Shown: piece after piece, positions 58,701 through 64,000 of the stretch
Position numbering within the stretch: position 1 is the stretch's first letter
How the letters are laid out: every line of letters begins with the position of its first letter
NCBI RefSeq assembly: GCF_009914755.1
Contig: NC_060947.1
DNA: 64,000 bases
DNA from: the human T2T-CHM13v2.0 reference genome, Homo sapiens
Reading direction: 5' to 3' (one strand)
Program-made: the position numbers and the translations under genes
The notes under the pieces: generated by a model
Seen by the model: only the letters and a program-made list of their open reading frames with translations
The model's database searches: none
Told to the model about the DNA's origin: nothing

Positions 58701-59734
58701 CTCCCCCAGGGAAGCCTCCTGGGACCTGCTTGATCGGCCTTTCCTGTGCCTTTCGTGGAGGACAAAGAATCCCCACGTGTAAGTCCTGACAGCATCCCAC
58801 AGTTCACCTTTGTAGGACTCCCCATACTCCCAGCCATTCAGTTCGTTGAAGGCAGGGGCTGGCTCCTGGCTGGGAACACAGCAAGCAGCAGCAAAACTTA
58901 ATTCCTCCACTCTTGACTGTGTCCTCATTTGGTCTCTGGGAATGCGTTGGATTCCTCAATGAGAACAGAGAAGAATATACTGTAGCGGGTGGAGGGCTAC
59001 TGATTAGATTTTACTCATCTGTGGGTCAACACTTCTGTCTACTTAGCCCACTCAGCCATTTCTTACCCCCTTACATGGCTTTTCCCTCACAAGCCCCACT
59101 CAAATGGTTGGTCACCCCAGGTCCTCATTCTTATCCCAGCCTAAGATCTGGGTGCATAAGTCCCAGCATGCTGAAGCAGCTCTGGGGAGCTGCTCCCACG
59201 AGGCCAGTCCCCCACAAAAGAAGCCTGGCTCCCAGGGTTACTCCCCCTGCACCCGCCCACCCCCAGAGGCAGTGTCCATGGGAAACTACCCCCTGTGGTG
59301 GTGGTTTGGGGGATGATGTTCATGGGGAGATAGGGAAGGAAACACAGGCTCCCCATGGGGAATGCTCAGGGACACAATTCAGTGAGGACTGTGGCAAGGG
59401 ATAGAGGCAGCAGGGGTCACCTCTACCTCCAGCCCTTGTTTCAGAGGCCCATATCCCATACCCTTGACCATTCACAATAGAGGGACAGAGGTGAGGCCGA
59501 TGGGGATTGGGAGTGGCTTAGTGCACAGGGAAGAAGTCAGGCTGAAGAACAAGCAGCCCTTCCCCTGCCCTCCCAGGTCTAGGTCAGGCAGGGCACAGGC
59601 TAACCTCCAAACCCAGATGGGGGTATGGAGTCAGCAGCCCCACTGGAGGGGCTCCCAGCATGGCACGCCTGAGCAGCAATCTGGAAGCTATTGGGCTGGT
59701 ACATTTCTGCCGATCCACCGCGAATGCCATGCCC

Positions 59735-59835
59735 AGTTCATTTCCTCTAAGGAAACACAACCTCGGGGGATAATTAGAGCTTCTTTGCGTACACAATCCC
59801 ATATTGTTTATCCAACACAAATTAAAAAATGTGGG
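59735..59835. promoter_or_regulatory. candidate enhancer with inverted SOX pair and homeobox site
   Basis: TAATTA 59771-59776; ACAAT-n5-ATTGT 59793-59807. Confidence 0.35.
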
Positions 59836-62172
59836 CCCTGAGAACATGGAGCAGAGAGATAAAGGAACCTCCTCCTCCTCCTCCTCCTCTACTTCCTCCC
59901 CCTCCCCTCTCACTCCCTCCCAGCTGGATCTCATTACCCTACCCGGCCAGGCCAAGGCCAAGCCCCAGCCCCAGCCCCAGCCTCAGCCTCACCCCTATCC
60001 TGCCAGGTCCTGCTCCTCAGACCCGGACCCTCCAAGTCAGGGCCTGGGATCCTCCCCACCCTTGCCCTTGTGTCTACCTGTAGTGAGAGGTGGCTCCGGC
60101 ATAGGCTTCTCTGTCCAAGGGTGCTGGACAGAGTCACCATTTCATCCCTGTGTCCTCTCAAGGACCCTCCCACAGAGAAATGTGGGAAACGCCAGCCCCA
60201 AAACGCAACTCAGCACCCAGAAGCAGAGGCAGGGCCTGTGCCCCGGGGCTTTCTGGGAAGGAAGGGCTGGCTGTCTTGGCCCTGGCCTTGGCCCTAGTTC
60301 CCTTCCACTGCCCAGATGTGCTCCACCCAGACAACAGGAGCCCAGTCAGCCTGGCCTGGGGGCCCCCTTCACAAAGCCCGGCCCCTCTCCCCCCAGGGCT
60401 CAGCCCAACAAAGGAGGATTCTCAGGCAAGGCGACTCAGGGCGGGAGGAAGGAGGGTTGTGGGTGGAAAATCGCTTCAGAACCCAAGGTTGGCCATCTCC
60501 ATGAAAGCCCTATTATTGCTTGAGTAGTGAAACGTCTTGCTCAGCATGGCCAATTCAGCTTCCCTCACTTCCCTGTCTCCCCCTAGGAATAGCTCCACAT
60601 TCCAACACTGCACAGCCAGCCTTTTCCAACCATGGGGAGGCGGGACAGGAGAAGGTATAGGCAGGGAGGGGTTGGGGAGGAAGAAGGGCTGCCCATGAGA
60701 ACTTACCTTTCTCAAGCCTTTGCTTGCTTAGAGGGCAGAGATCGCCCCACAGAAGTTAGTTCATCATTAGGTGTGACCTTCCCGTTTCTCTTACATCACA
60801 GCCTACTTCCTGGGGGGCCTTGTTCCAGGGAGGCCTGGTGGACTTTCCTTGCTGGCTGGGAAGGTGTCCTCCTACCCACTGGCCACTAAGCAGTATGGCA
60901 TCTCTCCCCACCAGGGCCAGAGACCGGCATGGCCAGGCCTCTCTATTCTGTGTCCTGACCCCTCCTCCACCTCAATCACTAAGAAGGCCAGAGGGTCAGG
61001 AGAAGGAATGGACTCTCTCCTGGGGGCCAGCCCTCCCACCCTTCCACAGGCACAGAGCAGGGAGCTGACCGGCTGGGTGAGCAGGGAGTTTGACTGGAGG
61101 TAGAATTTTCTCTGGTTGAAGTGAAGAGGAAGTTGTGTGAGCTGAGAACACATTCCCTGTCTAGTCTGTCCTTTCAGCTCTCCTGGTATTTTTTTTCTTC
61201 TTCTTCTTCTTCTTTTCATTTGTCTCTGAGCTGGAAAGAACATGTGCTTGGCAGATTTTTATTTATTAACTCTATAGCTTGCTCTCTCGTGCTATCTCTC
61301 TCTCTCTCTCTCTCTCATTCTCTTTCTCTCTCTGTCTCTGTCTCTCTTTTTTTCGCTTGCTTGACAGAATTTAGATTAGACAAAACATGAGCTCATTTCT
61401 GCCTGAGAAAAAAAAGCAAACCACTCCCCCTCCCCCTCCCCCACCTTCTCCTCTTCTTCCCAGCCTCACCCACCTCCACTCACCAGGCAGGGGTGGGGAG
61501 GGCCGGCAGGGCTCACCCAGATATCATCTCTAAGTTAGGTCTTGGGGTGCCATTGCCCTCACGTTGTGCCAGCTCCCAGCTCTGGAGGACAGACTGTCTC
61601 ACAGTCTTGCAGTCATAGGCCTGCCACCCAGAGTTGGCCGAGGGTAGGAGGCAGAGGGGTGGCCTGGAAGAGACATACCTGGAGTTCTGAGGGTAGGTTG
61701 GCAAAGTGGACCCTGCCAAGGTTGGCCAGGCTCCTGGCAGCATCGCACAAGCACCCAGGCCCCAGACCCTAATGCCACTTGGGCCCATCTCTCACTCACC
61801 TTCCTTTATTTTCACTCTCATAGATATTCCTGGACAGTTGTTACCACTTCCCATCATCATCAGGCCACCTAACCAGAGTCCTGTTTCTTCAGCCTGTCCC
61901 CTCTGAGCACTTGCTGGGGGGCCCCCTCCCTGAACTGCTGACTAAATTACTAAAGGCCCTTGTTTCGTCATGGATCATCAGGCATACGGGCATATGGGAT
62001 GGTGGCTTGGGAGGCCCATCTGAGTTGAAATCCCAGCTTTATCATTTACTTGCTGGGTGTTGGTCTAATCATTTCCCCTCACTAAACCTCTGTTTCTTGT
62101 CTGAGAAACAGGGATAATAAGATCTGCATTATAAAATTGTCATGAGATTTAAATAACATTGGAATCCATTTT

Positions 62173-62479
62173 GGCCAGGCACAGTAGCTGATACCTGTAA
62201 TCCCAGCATTTGGGGAGACCAACTAGGAAGGATCGCTTGAGCCCTGGAGTTTGAGATCAGTCAGGAAAACAAAGCGAGACCCTGTCTCTACCAAAAAATT
62301 AAAACTTTAGCCAGGCTTGGTGGCATGTGTCTGTAGTCGCAGCTTCTCTGGAGGCTAAGGCAGGAGGATCACTTGAGCCAGGAGTTGGAGACTGCAGCGA
62401 GCTATGATAGCAGCACTGCACTCCAGGCTGGGCAATAGAGTGAGACCCTGTCTCTAAAACACACAAACGAACAAAAAAC
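62173..62479 (+). mobile_element. AluJ-like SINE
   Basis: dimer with ggatcgcttgagccc; ccattttg repeated at both ends. Confidence 0.92.
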
Positions 62480-64000
62480 CTTACCATTTTGACCTTTTTA
62501 AATGAGTGAAAACAAAGAGTCCTCAATAAATTACAAATAACTGTGCAGTAACTGAAGGAATGACCCCCTCCTCTTTCTTCTCCTCCTCCTCCTTCTTCTC
62601 TCTACTCATCTCTGAAGAAAATTGGGGTGGAAGGGCAGCAGGAAGGATTGTACTTAGACATGAGAAAGAACTTCCCAGGAATGTAGAAGTTGGAAAGAAA
62701 TGCACACTGGAATCTGTAGACGTGCCTTTCAGCATACAGCAAAGGAGAGCTGCCCAACCCTGGAGGCAGGAGGATGCTGAGTCCTGCCCTGGAGGGTCTG
62801 GAGCAGTGGAATGACCATAGACTGTGGTGGGACAGAGCCCTGGGTTTGGATCTTATTTTCATCATTCCTTGTGTGACTGTGGGCAGGTCACTCCCCAGTC
62901 TGATCTTCTGTTCCTCATCTACCTCATCTACAGTGGAAGAAGAGCTTCCCTCCTCTCGAAGCCATTGGGAAGTATCTTTATGAGTTTCTGCGGGCTGCCC
63001 AGATGAGTCTTCCTTGTCACTCCAAAGCAGCAGGGAGGAAGGCCAGAGGGGGTTTCTGGGGCTGCCCTAACTGCTGAAGCTGCTGGGCCCTCGGGAACCC
63101 TCGCAGTTGTCCTGTCAGGCAATGGTTCAGCGCAGTTAGGGCTCCCAGCCCAGGCTCCAGGACTGGTGGGCCCCTCAGAGTCAGTGGGCTCCCCCACACT
63201 TTACTGCCACCCCCTCCTCAAAGCCCGCCAGCCCACCCTCTAGCTGTCCCTTAGCCAAGCAGGGCAGCACTGCTCTTCTAATCTCATTTTATAAATTAAT
63301 CCCTCTCTTCCCTTAATCATTTTCATTGCCTGCCTCTGAACCCACTCCAATCCATCTACTGCTCCTGCACCTTCTCCCACATATCATCTCCTTCATGTCC
63401 CTCTGGCTGCAGCGAGAGGCCCCCCACATGGCCTGCCAGTGTCACTGCATTCCTGTCCCCAGGTGAGAGGGTCAGCTCCCAGTGCCAGATGGGCCTGGCC
63501 CCTTTGCCTTTGGCCCCTTAGAGACAGCTAAGTGAAGCAGAGATCCAACACACCTGGACCGAAACCCTAAAGCTGCAGCTTATTTGCTCAGTACCCGTGG
63601 GGAAGTGCCTTCACCTCTCTGGGCCTCATCCTCTCCATCTATAAAATGGAGCAACTGGCAGGGACCCAGGTGAGAAAAGTGCTTTGCAAAGGGCTGGGCA
63701 CGTTTTAGTCACTCTGTTCACTTTGGGGGAGGACAGGGCTGCAGAGTCAGTTCTCCCCTCGGCCTTCTCTGCTTCTCTTCTCATTCACACACTGCCCCCC
63801 AGCCCTGAAGATCCCTGGCACGCTGGGCATAGGGCCCCACAGCCCACCGTGGCCACAGACAGGAGCCTTATTCCCCAAGCTACTGTCAGCTTCCATTGGG
63901 AATGATGGGCTTTCCCCCACCACAGGAAGGAAGGAGGCTTGACCTGAAGCAGCAGCTTGCAACAGCAAGAGAGGGGATCTGGGTGGGATGTGCTGGGGGG

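Noticed and set aside
58122-58928. 268-aa minus-strand ORF
   Set aside because: No recognisable domain; the end runs into MIR-derived sequence; expected by chance in GC-rich DNA.
59804-60523. 239-aa Ser/Pro-rich ORF with poly-S and PQ repeats
   Set aside because: Driven by (CCT)n and (CCCCAG)n simple repeats; no homology recognised.

Overview
This is primate (most likely hominoid/human) non-coding genomic DNA. It is moderately GC-rich, CpG-depleted and dense in interspersed repeats: AluJ/AluS, MIR, L2, old L1M, two L1PA elements, an MST LTR and DNA-transposon MITEs, plus microsatellites. I can support no intact protein-coding gene, RNA gene or CRISPR array; the only recognisable ORFs are broken L1 ORF2 pieces. 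Splice signals suggest a + strand multi-exon non-coding transcript around 10.9-14.5 kb. The most unusual structure is at 30.4-35.9 kb. An older L1PA there has a ~63-bp target-site duplication and a short 3'-transduced tag. A younger twin-primed (5'-inverted) L1PA2-like element lies next to it. The two share a 119-bp identical tract carrying two non-consensus variants, pointing to ectopic gene conversion between inverted copies. There is also a ~198-bp local duplication of an ancient MIR segment and a ~100-bp inverted duplication. I found no convincing new biological system; the findings concern genome-rearrangement history and candidate regulatory or lncRNA elements. Repeat subfamily names come from recalled consensus sequences, old-repeat boundaries are approximate, and I could not assign the locus.
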